Below, piece by piece: positions 27,060 through 39,870 of a stretch of DNA of 64,000 nucleotides. The DNA comes from the human T2T-CHM13v2.0 reference genome, Homo sapiens. Where the stretch lies: NCBI RefSeq assembly GCF_009914755.1, contig NC_060929.1. One strand, 5' to 3'. Within the stretch, counting starts at the first letter, position 1, and every line of letters starts with the position of its first letter. The position numbers were made by a program, and so were the translations under genes. A model generated the notes under the pieces. The model searched no databases. It had not been told where the DNA came from and was given only the letters and a program-made list of their open reading frames with translations.

Positions 27060-28550
27060 CCAGCGGATTATTACTACTAGATTCTAGGGTTCTTGTCAGA
27101 ATATTGAATCCCAAGTGATGGGTTGCTCATCACTTCTGCTTGTTGAAAGCCAGAGAATCAGTAAATTCTCCACTATTTGCTTTATATTCCATATTCTCCT
27201 GGTGAACACACTCATTTCCACTCCCCCATGCATCTTCCATTGCCCCTGTTGGTACATATTACCAGATACTGAACTTCCTTAAGTAAATAGGCTAACTCCT
27301 TCCTGAGAAATAGCTTTGCTGAGAGATCTGACTGACTGTGGTGATTAGCTTGAAGACAATGAGGGGTGGTGGGGGCAAATTTTGCTGAGAACAAACATCA
27401 TCTTGCAAGGCATCTGCCTCAGTGCATTTATTGCATGGTTTCAGAGAAAAGCAGTTTGCTTCTGCAAGACAGCATTAAGGAAGGGGTTGCTTCTGCCAGC
27501 CCAGAAGGTTCATAGGAATCTAGTGATTCAAGAATCTCCATCTTGCCCCATCCAACAGCCTCACAAAAGGTCTTAGAATGCCTGTCTTTTTCTATTAGAG
27601 ACCTGATTTTGACATAGGAGACCTGTTCAGGCTGTATATTCAGTGCAGTCTGCTCTATTATCACAGAACAACAGTTTCTTTACAAGCTGCAATAAAGGTC
27701 TTTGGGCTTCAACTGGCATTTGGTTTTCTTTAGCCTATCATTCTTTTATATCAAAGATTTTAATGCTGTTAACAATAGCCAGGTCACTTCCCGACTCTTG
27801 TATTCTCTTTACACTATACCATTAAAGAGCAACTGCCATTGTAAAACCCAGCATCTCACCTTCTATCTCAAGTTTTTCTTATTTTGCTGTAGACTAAATC
27901 CTTAGTAATTGTGATTCCAATATATGCATGAGCTATCATCACCAAATACCATCAGCAAATGAATCTTTATTGCCAGTGGACTCAGGTTGTAACCTGAGTT
28001 CCCCAGAGGGCAAAGCCTGAAGCCTGGAACTTTTATTGAAATGTTTAATCCCAGGGAGAGGGAGGGAGGGAAATGAGAAGAAAGATAGAAATAAGGGCAC
28101 ACCAATAAAATAATGTATCATTTAGCTGGCCACTGCTTTGGATCAAATGCAACAGAGTGGTTGATTTCATTGGTATCCTTTTTCCAGGAGGCCACATAAA
28201 CAACTGCTTCTCAGTATGGTCTATTCTTAGAAGAAGGGAGAACATGTATCTATCAGCTCCTGTATCCCATAGGTCACCCCACAGCTGCCTGTCTTTCATT
28301 GGTTCAACTCACAGGGTTTAACTCACACACATCTAGCTTGTGCATGTGAGGACTCAGAAAGAGCCCTAAGATATCTCATGCTTTAGTGTGAACCAAGAAG
28401 CTACAGGTATAAGGCAAAATGTATGCAGCACAGACATGCAATGGGACAGTCTCAGGTTGTACCTTTGTGAAGTTGGCTGTAGCTCATGCAGAACTGGGTT
28501 GTCTTAGCAATTAAAACAACTGGTAAGAGTCTAAAGCAGAAAAGAAAGGA
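27060..28550 (-). mobile_element. ERVL-class gag/leader/LTR remnant in opposite orientation
   Basis: Resembles recalled ERVL/HERV16-type gag region in reverse (CCTGATTTTGACATAGGAGACCTG...ATTCAGT, AATAGCTTTGCTGAGAGATC); family and ends uncertain. Confidence 0.45.
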
Positions 28551-29406
28551 TATATTATAAGGGTCTGGAATATAGATCAAAATTATGAACTAAAGATCAT
28601 ATTGGGGGCTAAAGGTAAGACTATCCAGTACAGTTTGATCATTCTTAGTTATATAGATATGGATGATTGATAGATGATAGATAGATGGATAGATAGATCA
28701 ATCTATTCATGTATTTTTATTTGGATTTTCAATGTGTGTATTAGGATGATAATTAAAAATGATAATTTCTATACATATGTATATATTTTTATAGAGGTGC
28801 CAACCTTTTTATTTTAAAATAACATTAAATCTGCCTTTCGAGAAGAAAAGTAAAACTTGTGTTTTGCTATCTATTATTATACATATGCACACCCACAACA
28901 CACACACAGACACACACACACAGAGGCAGAGATCTACAATCTTCACTAAAACATTAAAATGTGCAAGTATTTTAAAAATAAATAGGATGTGAACCATTTA
29001 TATTTTTCTATAGATATCATCCTATATATCTTGGGTGCATAGACTATAAAGTAAAAAAAAAAGCACTTCTTTATTTAAGACATGTTTAATTGGAGAAACA
29101 CCCAAAAATATCTAGATACAGAGGTATTCAGCAAAATACACTCAAATGTGAGGGGGTGTGCATATACACATGCATATGTTTGTATACTTCTTTGATAGGC
29201 CTTATTCTCCCACCACTCCTATGTTTCAAACAGCTCTAACAATTCAAATAGAGGTCCAGCCCAGTTCTGATAATTTATAGATAATTGTAAATGGTATTAT
29301 AAGTAAAGATCATTACTGATTTTTGTATAAGTAAAGCTTGATGGCATAAATACTGTGCATGAATGTAGAATAATACTGTCCAAAGTATAGTACATTTTAA
29401 AAATTG

Positions 29407-29429
29407 TATGTGTGTGTGTGTGTGTGTGT
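29407..29429. repeat. (TG)n microsatellite
   Basis: Direct read. Confidence 0.9.
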
Positions 29430-32400
29430 ATTAGATTTGTGTTGTATTGGAACATAAAATAATAAGTTTCTATTTTTTACAGATAAATATATCAGGAAAA
29501 GAATACATGATGTGTATGTGGGAAAACAGTTGAAAAAGTAGACTAATGAATGTTAATAAATTATTTGGAAAAAAGTATTAAAAGCTAAAAGGGTTACATT
29601 TATAACATCTTTAGCCTACATAACTCTTTGTGAATATATATACCTACATAAGTGGGAACACCAAACTATCTACTCTTGAACAGTTACAATTCTGTACAAA
29701 ATCATATTCTTATAGATTTATAGGAAACTACAAATAGACTGCTGATTAAATATTCCACGTGTAGGTTAGAGATTCAAGACCACCTTAGGCTCAAGGTGGT
29801 ATTGAGTTCTCTTTTCCTGGGGTGTTGCCTCTGGGTTCATGTGGTGGCTCAGCACATTGTTAGTGTGATTCTTTCCCATCCTAGATCCCTGTTATGGGAC
29901 CATATAATTTCCTCATCATTATATTTTTTTTTAGATAAATTGGATTCCACAAAATCCTCTGAAGGAAAATGTAAAAACCTCTGCAACAAATTTAAACAAA
30001 AATTGAGAGTTTACTACAACCAAGATAATCAGAGCCAAATGTTTAATTACTGGTGCTCACCAGCTATTAATCAGTGATGCTGGTATTAAGAAAGAACCCA
30101 TCCCTTTCAGTAAGTTCGCCAACTGTATGATTTTTCATTACACCCAAATTTCTTACCCCTTAATATTAACTCCAGAGATCTTGCTCTTTCAACTGGGTGT
30201 GCTACAAAGCCCATTACTAAATCATTACATGATGCAGTTGGGCACCAGCAAGAATTCATGTTATTAGACACTGGGATTAAATGGCACATCATTTAAAATT
30301 GAAACATTTGAGAATTCCTTTCATTTTTTCTTTTCTTTTATTATTCTAATATATAATATTTCTAATATTTAATATTCATAACCCAGAACTGCAGATGAAC
30401 AATTATATGTAAGTGATTTCTCCCCACATTTCCTAATATACCACCATTCACACAGAGTCCCACAATATGTTTGAGCTAATTTTTATACGGTGATTTTTGA
30501 GCGGATGAAAAAAGCTTTTTTAATGGGGGTGTTTATATGAAGGATATAACAGCAAGACACGATTACAATATGAAGAAATTGTGATCATACTTTGATCATC
30601 TTACCTTCTCTCCAGCAAATATCTCTGATTTCCTGCAAGAATTCTAATTAAATTAATCTATCATTACTCACTATTAAATACATTATCTGCAAAGCATACT
30701 GTTATAGATGTTGGAACACCGCCCATTCCCTGTGGTTCCTCTTTTAAAAAAAAAAAAAAATCCTCCCTCCTACTCTGGGTAGTATAATAATTTATTTTAT
30801 GTAAGTTCTAATTCTTTTCATTGGGCAACATTTTTTCGGGGAGGGGGGTGGGAAATCCAATGATTAGCAGAAGAACCAATAGTACAGAAAAACCCAACCA
30901 TCCCAACCATTCTTAAGTACTGGGTGTTCACTATCTTGTGCAACTTTTTCACTCCAGATTGCTTCATTATTTCTAGTTATTTATTCTTCCTTGAGATCTG
31001 GCTAAACTCTTTGCCCCCAGCCCTCCTATATATGGATGGCATTCTCTCTATGTAATATCCCACCTTGCAAATCAAACTTAGACCCTCTCCCTCTTTCCTA
31101 TGGTTTCTTCAGCTTCATAATGGTGATTGTTTTATGCTTTTCTGTTTGAGTTTAACATTTTCCTCCCTACATATGTAAGTATTTTTAAGCATTTGTATTT
31201 ATTTAATCTTAATTCAAGTGGAAATCTTATTGAGAGAACAAGAGTCTATTCCCTACTACTGAATGATGATAAAGAATGAAGACAACATCCCTTCATGAAA
31301 GATTGAAAGAGCCCTTACTATGGACTAGGCACTAAATTAGGCATCTTCACATACACAGTATGTCATTTAGACTTAACATCACAAATATAGGAGCAGGCAT
31401 CATTATGCACATGTGGTAATTTCAGAGAGAATAGTACTTTCCCTAAGATCAGAGTAATCGCTGACTAGCATGAAGATTTTAGCCTAGTCTTCCAATTAAG
31501 TCTTATGCTTTTATATCAACAATGTGGTTTCCTAGTACTCACAGTAATCCTAAGCAGATAATGCATGTTAATTATATTCCAAAGACTTTCGCTGAGTCCC
31601 TATCAAAAGTTTCTTCTACCAATAGAAACCTCAGAATACCATGGATTCTGAGGATAGGATTTAAAGCAATAGCAACTTTGTTACTACATTTTTTGCTACT
31701 TCACTCCCACATTAGCATTATCAAAGTATCCTTATGAACAAATCTGGCTTCATAAAAATGACATTGTAGTTACACTTGCTTGGTTGTTGAACAGCAGTTA
31801 CAGTATAATTAGTGCCACTTAATGGAAAGCGTTACTGAAGTGCATATCGTTATTAATCAAACTCCAATATAAAGCTGGCTACAGTAATAATGAGTGCAAT
31901 TATGGGCTGATGAACTGTTAAACTTGAAAACTGACCCTAACCAAATTTTCTTTCTTCAGAAAGTAATAAAACTCAAAGTGCTGGAAATCACTTTATTTCT
32001 CTGGGCTTTCTTGCCACAAAAACAACCTGGGAGATATTTTCTCATGCTCCTTGTTTTATAATTTCATGCACACTGAAGCTTGTAAAGTGGTGTGAGGATT
32101 GGAAAATGTGACCCTAAAGATAGGGTCAACTCTAATCTGAACCTGACAAGATTTGATTCAGCCCAGACTCATTACCTACCAGACAATGTGGAATTTTATC
32201 CAACTACTTTGTAGAGTTTCACACACACCAAAATCAAACAAAAAATGTCCATTGAGTCTGAATTAGCTAGCAGGCAAATTCAGGTTCATGATAAAATACT
32301 TGTTCCTTTAAAAGTATTTAAAAAATCCCTACAGGCTTATGTAAGATGAGAGTCTGGATCCCAGTTGGGCTTCTCTAAATCTTGCAATGGCTATTTGACA

Positions 32401-33589
32401 AACCTTTAATGGCATCTGCATTTCTTACTATTGGAAACCATGTTTAAAGTTTACATAATATTTGGCATGTTTAAAGCATGGTTTATTACCTTGTCTTTTA
32501 ATATTTGGTGTTTTAGCTCCACAAATATTTCTACGTATACTCCTTTATAAACAAAATAGCCTTCCTTGTTCCCAGTAGTGATTCGAATGTCTTTTCACTC
32601 TTAAGACTTCCTAAACATTTTCCGCAGGTGCATGAGCTAGCTATCTCACATCATCTGATCACTGAGGGGGAAAATTCCTACTCTGACCCACAGGTGTGCA
32701 TTTATATATGCTGTCAGGATTGAAAATTTTATCAAGTTAATAAATACTAATGAAGAGAATTGGAACAAATTTGCTAAATTTGCCAAATAAGGCACCCCAG
32801 AGCTATGTCTAACAACGTGTACCCTGACAGATGTGAACTGAGGTTGAAACACTTGAAAAACACAGAAAGGGAAGGAACAAAGAGAAAGAGAATTAAAGCC
32901 TAAAAATAATTGCACAATCTATTGAAGACAGGCATGAAAACGATCCTAAAATGGAAGGAGATATGTAGAAAAGGAAACTTGAGAGTGTTCTGTTACTGTT
33001 ACTCCCACTGATAGCTAAAGAATTCAACCAAACTCTTTACCATGCACTCATACAGCCTTCTGTCGTTTGGCACTAAGCTCATGTTTCAGTCCTTTTTCTC
33101 ACATCAATGCAAGTGCATGTTATTGGATTGATAAATATGCCTTATGTTATGCTTTTCTTGCTTCATTATCACACATTATTATAAATGTCTTTTCAGCAAC
33201 ATTTTTGAATTGGGTTTATACCTGTTATCTTGAAGGTTCTGCAAGGAGAGGGGGGATGGTTAGGGGAGAAAAGGGCAGAACCATGAGGGAAGAGAATTCA
33301 GCTAAATTTCCCTGATTCAGTCTCCTTTTAACAACTCTCACTATGCCTCAGCATAATCAATAATTCCAAATGCATTCACCAATAATTTTCTCTATCTAGT
33401 AGACTCAAATGGACACCATTTCCTTACTGGATCAAGAAATAGATAAAAAGCCTAGCTAAATTACAACTATCACAATGTAGTTATTTTTCTGTCATGTTTC
33501 AAAATATGTTTTCCACTTTTTATATTGAGTTACTTTGACTCTTGACTCTAAAGTTATTCCCAGACAGAAAACTTCCATTCATATAAATA

Positions 33590-33760
33590 CATTATATATA
33601 TATGTGTGTGTGTATGTGTGTGTACTCACACACACATACACATGTACACACAATAGAATTGGAAACATATATATGTGTTTTATATATATTGAGAGAGAAT
33701 TGAAAATATATATATATACACACACACACATACATATGTATACACACACACACACACACA
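33590..33760. repeat. Compound (TA)/(TG)/(CA) microsatellite
   Basis: Direct read. Confidence 0.85.
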
Positions 33761-33847
33761 GCTGTTTCCTTTCTTCATGTTGAAGGGGAGGGCTACTTGT
33801 ACATTATCATAATTCTTTAACTAAACTGGAATATACTATATACATAA

Positions 33848-33943
33848 GATTCAATTACCTCCTACTGTGTCCCTTCCACAACACGTGGGAATTATGGGAG
33901 CTACAAGATGATATTTGGGTGGGGACACAGCCAAACCATACCA
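33848..33943 (-). mobile_element. THE1 LTR fragment (terminal ~100 bp only)
   Basis: GATTCAATTACCTCC...GTGGGAATTATGGGAGCTACAA..GATATTTGGGTGGGGACACAGCCAAACCATACCA. Confidence 0.85.
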
Positions 33944-36900
33944 CCTAGGATTAAAAAAAGTAAAGCCAAAAGCAATGGTTCAACTGATATGGTTGTGTTT
34001 AAGGATTCAAATAAATGGTGATTATTAATCTCATACATCAAGCTTCCATTTACTTATTTAACTTATTATTTTCCCAACATTTCCATGCTAATTTTAATGA
34101 ACTCTTCTAGCCTCCCAAGTTTGAGGCTTGTCAAGAGAGCACAAGATGAATAACTTTTACTCCACTCTCAAAAGTAAATACAAAAATGGAAGGAAAGTGA
34201 TAGGAATGTATCAAAGAGAAAGTGACAGTATGATAGTCACCAAACTTTAAGTATCCCAAAAAACACTGGATATACTAAGAGAAAATAAACAGATGATTGT
34301 ACTTCATTAAGTGTAACAAATCCAAGACAGCTCATTCATTTTCCTTCCCACAAAGGATCTCTTTTCTTTACTAAGACTGATAAGAAGGGAAAATATGAGC
34401 TGAGCTCATCCTTTTCTAACTGCATTAAAAACTCAGCATATGTTGTTCAGATAAAATATAAAGTACGCTAAAAGATTCATATGTATGGTAAAAGGATTAG
34501 CCATTTCACTTACTCCTATAACTAAAAAAGTTGTGTGTATATGTGTATGTCTGTGCGTGTGTTAGATTTACTCTTCTATATGTCAATATTTATCACATTT
34601 AACTATTACAATAAAGCATATTATATTATACTGCAAGGATAAGATTGATTCTATAGCAGGAGCTTGAGAAGGTACATATCAGAAACTCTGAAATGTGGGC
34701 CTTGCAAAAAATAATGGCTCACAGGGCCATTATAATGATTTCTATTAACAATTCCAATTCTATACACACTCTTTTCTTTCCTTCATGTTGAAGAGAAGGG
34801 CTACTTGTAGATCACTGAAATTCCTTTACTGAACTCAAAGAACTAGAAAGTGTTTCAAAAATCATGTGATCTGACTTTGTTTGTATGAAGGAAATGATTA
34901 GAGAGTGAAGTTACAGGCAATGCCCTAAGTCTACTCTTAGTTATTGCCACAGTAGGGCTGGAAACCGTGTCTTCTGGAGCCTGCTTCAGAGTATTCTCCA
35001 CCACTGAAAAAATTATTAGTTATATTGCACATATGTTATTTGCCTTAAAAGCGTTCTTTGTAAGATTGCTTTAAGCAACAAAATTTTACATTACATTTAA
35101 AAGTCAGTTTAATACGTGCATATTCAACTCTCACAAGAGCAATATGATCTAGGCAGTGTGGCCAAGGGAACTGGCCACTGGGTGTTGGAAGACTTAAGAA
35201 TTCACCCAGGCTTTGCCAGTAAATAACTTGGAATTGATCTTCAATATATCTTGGCCTCAGTTTCCTGAGATGAAAAATTACAGATCTATGTTCCATTACA
35301 CTGATATCCATCCAGTTGGATTTATGTCATTGTTTATCTAAACTTTTCAGTTAACTATTTCTTAAAGATAAAACTCTAACTAAAACTAAAAGCTCAATCA
35401 AAATAAAAAATATTAAAGAAACTTACACTGAGAATTTTTACATGAAGTTGATAATTATTCTATTAATTAACTGTGATATTTATGTACTTTCAGTCAAACA
35501 TGATAATTTTTATAGCAGTAGAATTAACTGTTCTAAAAAATTTTGATGACCTTTCTATGAATCACGGTTACCTTTCCCTCTCATAAAATATCCATGGACA
35601 TTCAGGACAAAGATTGCCCTTAAATTTTTAGCCTTTGCACCTTAGAAAGAATGCAAATACTGAACTATTGCAAAAATATACTCAAGTAAGATTGCAATGT
35701 AAAACCACAATTTCCCAAAATGCCCTGCCTATCTTTAAAATATTTTAAATTGTTTGCAGTTTAAGTGCTAGCTCATTTGGTTTACAATACCTCCTAAATT
35801 TTCCATTCCTATGAAGATCATTTAAAATCTTTATTTTCAAATGTCTTTTGGGAACACCTACATTTTGCTCATTATTTGTGGGGGTTTTTTGGTTATTAAT
35901 ACAGGCATTTAATGTAAGATTCTACATGCCATATTTCTGTTTCATTTGCTTTATATAAAATAACCTTTTCTACTTCTCTAATACAGAAAACAAGCCACAA
36001 GTGTTTCTTCATTTCCTTGGCTTCAAAATAATTGCCTGAGATACCTACAAAAAATATTCCTGCTAGTTAATGTCGCAGGTTGTCTTTTATCAATGCAAGC
36101 CCCGTTGAGTTGTAAATGTACTAGTGCTGTGAGAAAATCAGATTAAATCATTTGTTCTTTAGCTGTGTTTCACAATTTTATTGTCTGATAATCCAGGAAG
36201 TCATTAATTTGATATAACCCAAATTATCTTGAACTATGCTTTTAAAACTTGTTATCCAGCAGCTACTAATATTTTGTCTGTGTTTATCTTCACAAGTTTA
36301 AACTGTAGAAAGTTTATTTCAGTTTTCCCATGTAAAACTGAATTACACTACTGACTATATTACTAAATATATTCTTTTAAAGTAAGCATGCACTACATGT
36401 TCACAGAAATTATAATGCAGACAGGCAGTAAAATCACTGCTCTGCAGTTTACTTTTCCTAAAATATAAAGAAATATAAACTTCTTTATATCTTCTTCTGT
36501 CATGTGAATGCCAGTCTGCTATAGGGAAAACTCTGATAAAAGATTTTTTTTCTATTTTTGAGCAGACCATGCCTCTGTGCTTTCATTGTGTTGCATTATA
36601 GCATTTAGTGCCCAGACAGGAAGAATTCTATTGCACTGATTTGAGTTATACAGGTGGGTGTGATTCAGTTTCTTTTATGTTAGTACATCTGGATCTTAAT
36701 GTGCAACACCTCTGCTTTTTTAGTTCTTTGAATCAGTCTGACAATCACAACCAGGATATGAATCAACCAAGATGGTGAGTTTTTGGATGTGTAAGTAAAT
36801 AATTATTTTTATTTTCTACCAAAAATATTATTGTATCACTGTTTGCATTTCTTTATACTTATCTACAGAAAACATTCAGAAGAAAAATATAAAATGTATA

Positions 36901-37168
36901 ATTATCTATGTACAATTATTTATGCAAAAATGCCTAGAAAATTTTATTTATTTGGTTTCCTATGCAATTATATTAACACAGGTCAGTTTTCAAGCAAAAC
37001 TCTCTATTTAGCATTTTTACCAGCTGCTAGTCACTAGTATCTAGTAACCACCTATTATGTTTCCAGCATAACGATTAGGGCTGATAATTAATGGCTAATT
37101 AAAAGATCAATCTTCATCTTTATAGGATTACACAAGTTACATCTGTTTTACAAAGTGGAGATCATAAT

Positions 37169-37621
37169 TGTCAGGCCTCTGAGCCCAAGCCAAGCCATCT
37201 CATCCCCTGTGACTTGCACGTATATACGCCCAGATGGCCTGAAGTAACTGAAGAATCACAAAAGAAGTGAAAATGCCCTGCCCCACCTTAACTGATGACA
37301 TTCCACCACAAAAGAAGTGTAAATGGCCGGTCCTTGCCTTAAGTGATGACATTACCTTGTGAAAGTCCTTTTCCTGGCTCATCTTGGCTCAAAAAGCAAC
37401 CCCACTGAGCACCTTGCAACCCCCACTCCTGCCCACCAGAGAACAAACCCCCTTTGACTGTAATTTTCCTTTACCTACCCAAATCCTACAAAACGGCCCC
37501 ATCCTTATCTCCCATCGCTGACTCTCTTTTCCGACTCAGCCCGCCTGCACCCAGGTGAAATAAAGTCATGTTGCTCATACAAAGCCCGTTTGGTGGTCTC
37601 TTCACACGGACGCGCATGAAA
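37169..37621 (+). promoter_or_regulatory. 5' LTR7
   Basis: U3 with duplicated ACAAAAGAAGTG; TATA position reads TACAAAA (37487-37493); AATAAA at 37559-37564. Confidence 0.97.
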
Positions 37622-37623
37622 TT

Positions 37624-37641
37624 TGGTGCTGTGACTCGGAT
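37624..37641 (+). other. Primer-binding site for tRNA-His
   Basis: TGGTGCTGTGACTCGGAT, 17/18 match to the complement of the tRNA-His 3' end (TGGTGCCGTGACTCGGAT), just after the LTR. Confidence 0.95.
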
Positions 37642-37764
37642 CAGGGGACCTGCCTTGGGAGATCAATCCCCTGTCCTCCTGTTCTTTGCTCTGTGAGAAA
37701 GATCCACCTACGACCTCAGGTCCTCAGACCAACCAGCCCAAGGAACATCTCACCAATTTTAAAT

Positions 37765-37773
37765 CAGGTAAGC
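37765..37773 (+). promoter_or_regulatory. HERV-H leader splice donor
   Basis: CAG|GTAAGC, intron starting at 37768; further donors AAG|GTAAGA (38144|38145) and AGG|GTAAGT (39500|39501). Confidence 0.8.
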
Positions 37774-37988
37774 AGCCTCTTCTTACTCTCTTCTCCAACC
37801 TCTCTCACTGTCCCTCAACCACTTTCTCCTTTCCATTCTTCAATCTCTCCCTTCTCTTAATTTCAATTCCTTTCATTTTCTGGGAGAGATAAAGGAGACA
37901 CGTTTTATCCGTGGACCCAAAACTCCGGCGCCGGTCCCCTTCTTCACTCTTAGCAGCAAGTCCCGCTTTTCTAGAGGAGGGGCAAATA

Positions 37989-38125
37989 CCCCAACCTCAT
38001 ATCTCTGCGCCCCAATCCCTTATTTCCGCGCCCCAACCTCTTATATCTCTGAGCCCCAATCCCTTATTTCCACCCCCGACCCCTTATTTCTGCACCCCAT
38101 CCCTTATTTCCGCACCCCAACCCCT
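37989..38125 (+). repeat. C-rich ~20-bp tandem repeats of the HERV-H leader
   Basis: Alternating CCCCAACCTCTTATATCTCTG and CCCCAATCCCTTATTTCC units. Confidence 0.8.
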
Positions 38126-38213
38126 TTTCCCACTTTTCTGGAAGGTAAGAACCCCTGAACCCTTTCCCTCCGTTTCTCTACTCACTCTTTTCTCTAGGCT
38201 TGCTTCCTTCACT

Positions 38214-39413
38214 ATGGGCAACCTTCCACCCTCCATTCCTCCTACTCCCTTGGCCTGTGTTCTCCAAAACTTAAAACCTCTTCAACTCACACCTGACCTA
38301 AAACCTAAATGCCTTATTTTCTTCTGCAATGCCGCTTGACCCCAATACAAACTCGACTGTACTTCCAAATACCCAGAAAATGGCACTTTGAATTTTTCCA
38401 TCCTGCAAGAACTAAAGAGTTCTTGTTGTAAAATAGGCAAACGGTCTGAGGTGCCTGACGTCCAGGCATTCTTTTACACATAAGTCCCTTCCTAGTCTCT
38501 GTGCCCAGTGCAACTCATCCCAAATCTTCCTTCTTTCCCTCCCGCCTGTCCCCTCAGTATCAACCCCAAGCGTCGCTGAGTCTTTCTAATCTTCCTTTTC
38601 TACAGACCCATGCAACCTCTCCCTTCCTCCCCAGGCTGCTCCTCGCCAGGCCAAGCTAGGTCCCAATTCTTCCTCAGCCTCTGCTCCTCCACCCTATAAT
38701 CTTTTTTATCACCTCCCCTCCTCACACCTGGTCTGGCTTACAGTTTCGTTCCGTGACTAGCCCTCCCCCTCCTGCCCAGCAACTTACTCTTAAAAAGGTG
38801 GCTGGAGCTAAAAGCATAGTCAAGGTTAATGCTCCTTTTTCTTTATCCCAAATCAGATAGTGTTTAGGCTCTTTTTCATCAAATATAAAAATCCAGCCCA
38901 GTTCATGACTTGTTTGGCGGCAATCCTGAGACACTTCACAGCCCTAGACCCTAAAAGGTCAAAAGGCCGTCTTATTCTCAAAATACACTTTATTACCCAA
39001 TCTGCTCCCGACATTAAATAAAACTCCAAAAATTGGAATCTGGCCCCCAAGCCCCACAACAGGACTTAATTAACCTCACCTTCAAGGTGTACAATAATAA
39101 AAAAAAGTTGCAATTCCTTGCCTCCACTGTGAGACAAACCCCAGCCACATCTCCAGCACACAACAACTTCCAAACGCCTGAACCACAGCAGCCAGGGGTT
39201 CCTCCAGAACCTCCTCCCCCAAGAGCTTGCTACAAGTGCCAGAAATCTGACCACCAGGCCAAGGAATGCCTGCAGCCCAGGATTCCTCCTAGGCCGTGTC
39301 CCATCTGTGCGGGACCCCACTGGAAATCAGACGGTGCAACTCACCTGGCAGACACTCCCAGAGCCCCTGGAACTCTGGCCCAAGGCTCTCTGACTGACTC
39401 CTTCTCGGCTTAG
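38214..39413 (+). pseudogene. gag: HERV-H gag remnant
   Basis: MGNLPPSIPP..PLACVL matrix start at ATG 38214; CCHC knuckle CYKCQKSDHQAKEC (39228-39269); second knuckle CPICAGPHWKSDG lacks its last Cys; interrupted by stops. Confidence 0.9.
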
Positions 39414-39493
39414 CGGCTGAAGACTGACGCTGCCCAGTCACCTCGGAAGCCCTGTAGACAATCACAGATGCCGAGCTTCGAGTAACTCTCACA

Positions 39494-39770
39494 GTGGAGG
39501 GTAAGTGCATCCCCTTCTTAATCAATACGGAGGCTACCCACTCCATATTACCTTCTTTTCAAGGGCCTGTTTCCCTTGCCTCCATAACTGTTGTGGGTAT
39601 TGATGGCCAGGCTTCTAAACCTCTTAAAACTCCCCAACTCTGGTGCCAACTTAGACAACACTCTTTTAAGCACTCCTTTTTAGTATCCCCACCTGCCCAG
39701 TTCCCTTATTAGGCTGAGACACTTTAACTAAATTATCTGCTTCCCTGACTATTCCTGGACCACATCTATA
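39494..39770 (+). pseudogene. pro: HERV-H protease remnant
   Basis: FLINTEATHS is a dead version of the aspartic protease DTG motif; frameshifted. Confidence 0.85.
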
Positions 39771-39870
39771 TCTCATTGCTGCCCTTCTTCCCAATCCAAA
39801 GCCTCCTTTGCATCCTCCTCCTGTATCCCCCCACCTTGACCCACAAGTATAAGATACCTCTACTCCCTCC

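Noticed and set aside
35651-35658. ATGCAAAT octamer 1.5 kb upstream of LTR7
   Set aside because: No adjacent SOX half-site; several such octamers occur across this AT-rich window, as expected by chance.
37989-38125. Regularly spaced repeats superficially like a CRISPR array
   Set aside because: No unique spacers, eukaryotic context, and a normal part of the HERV-H leader.
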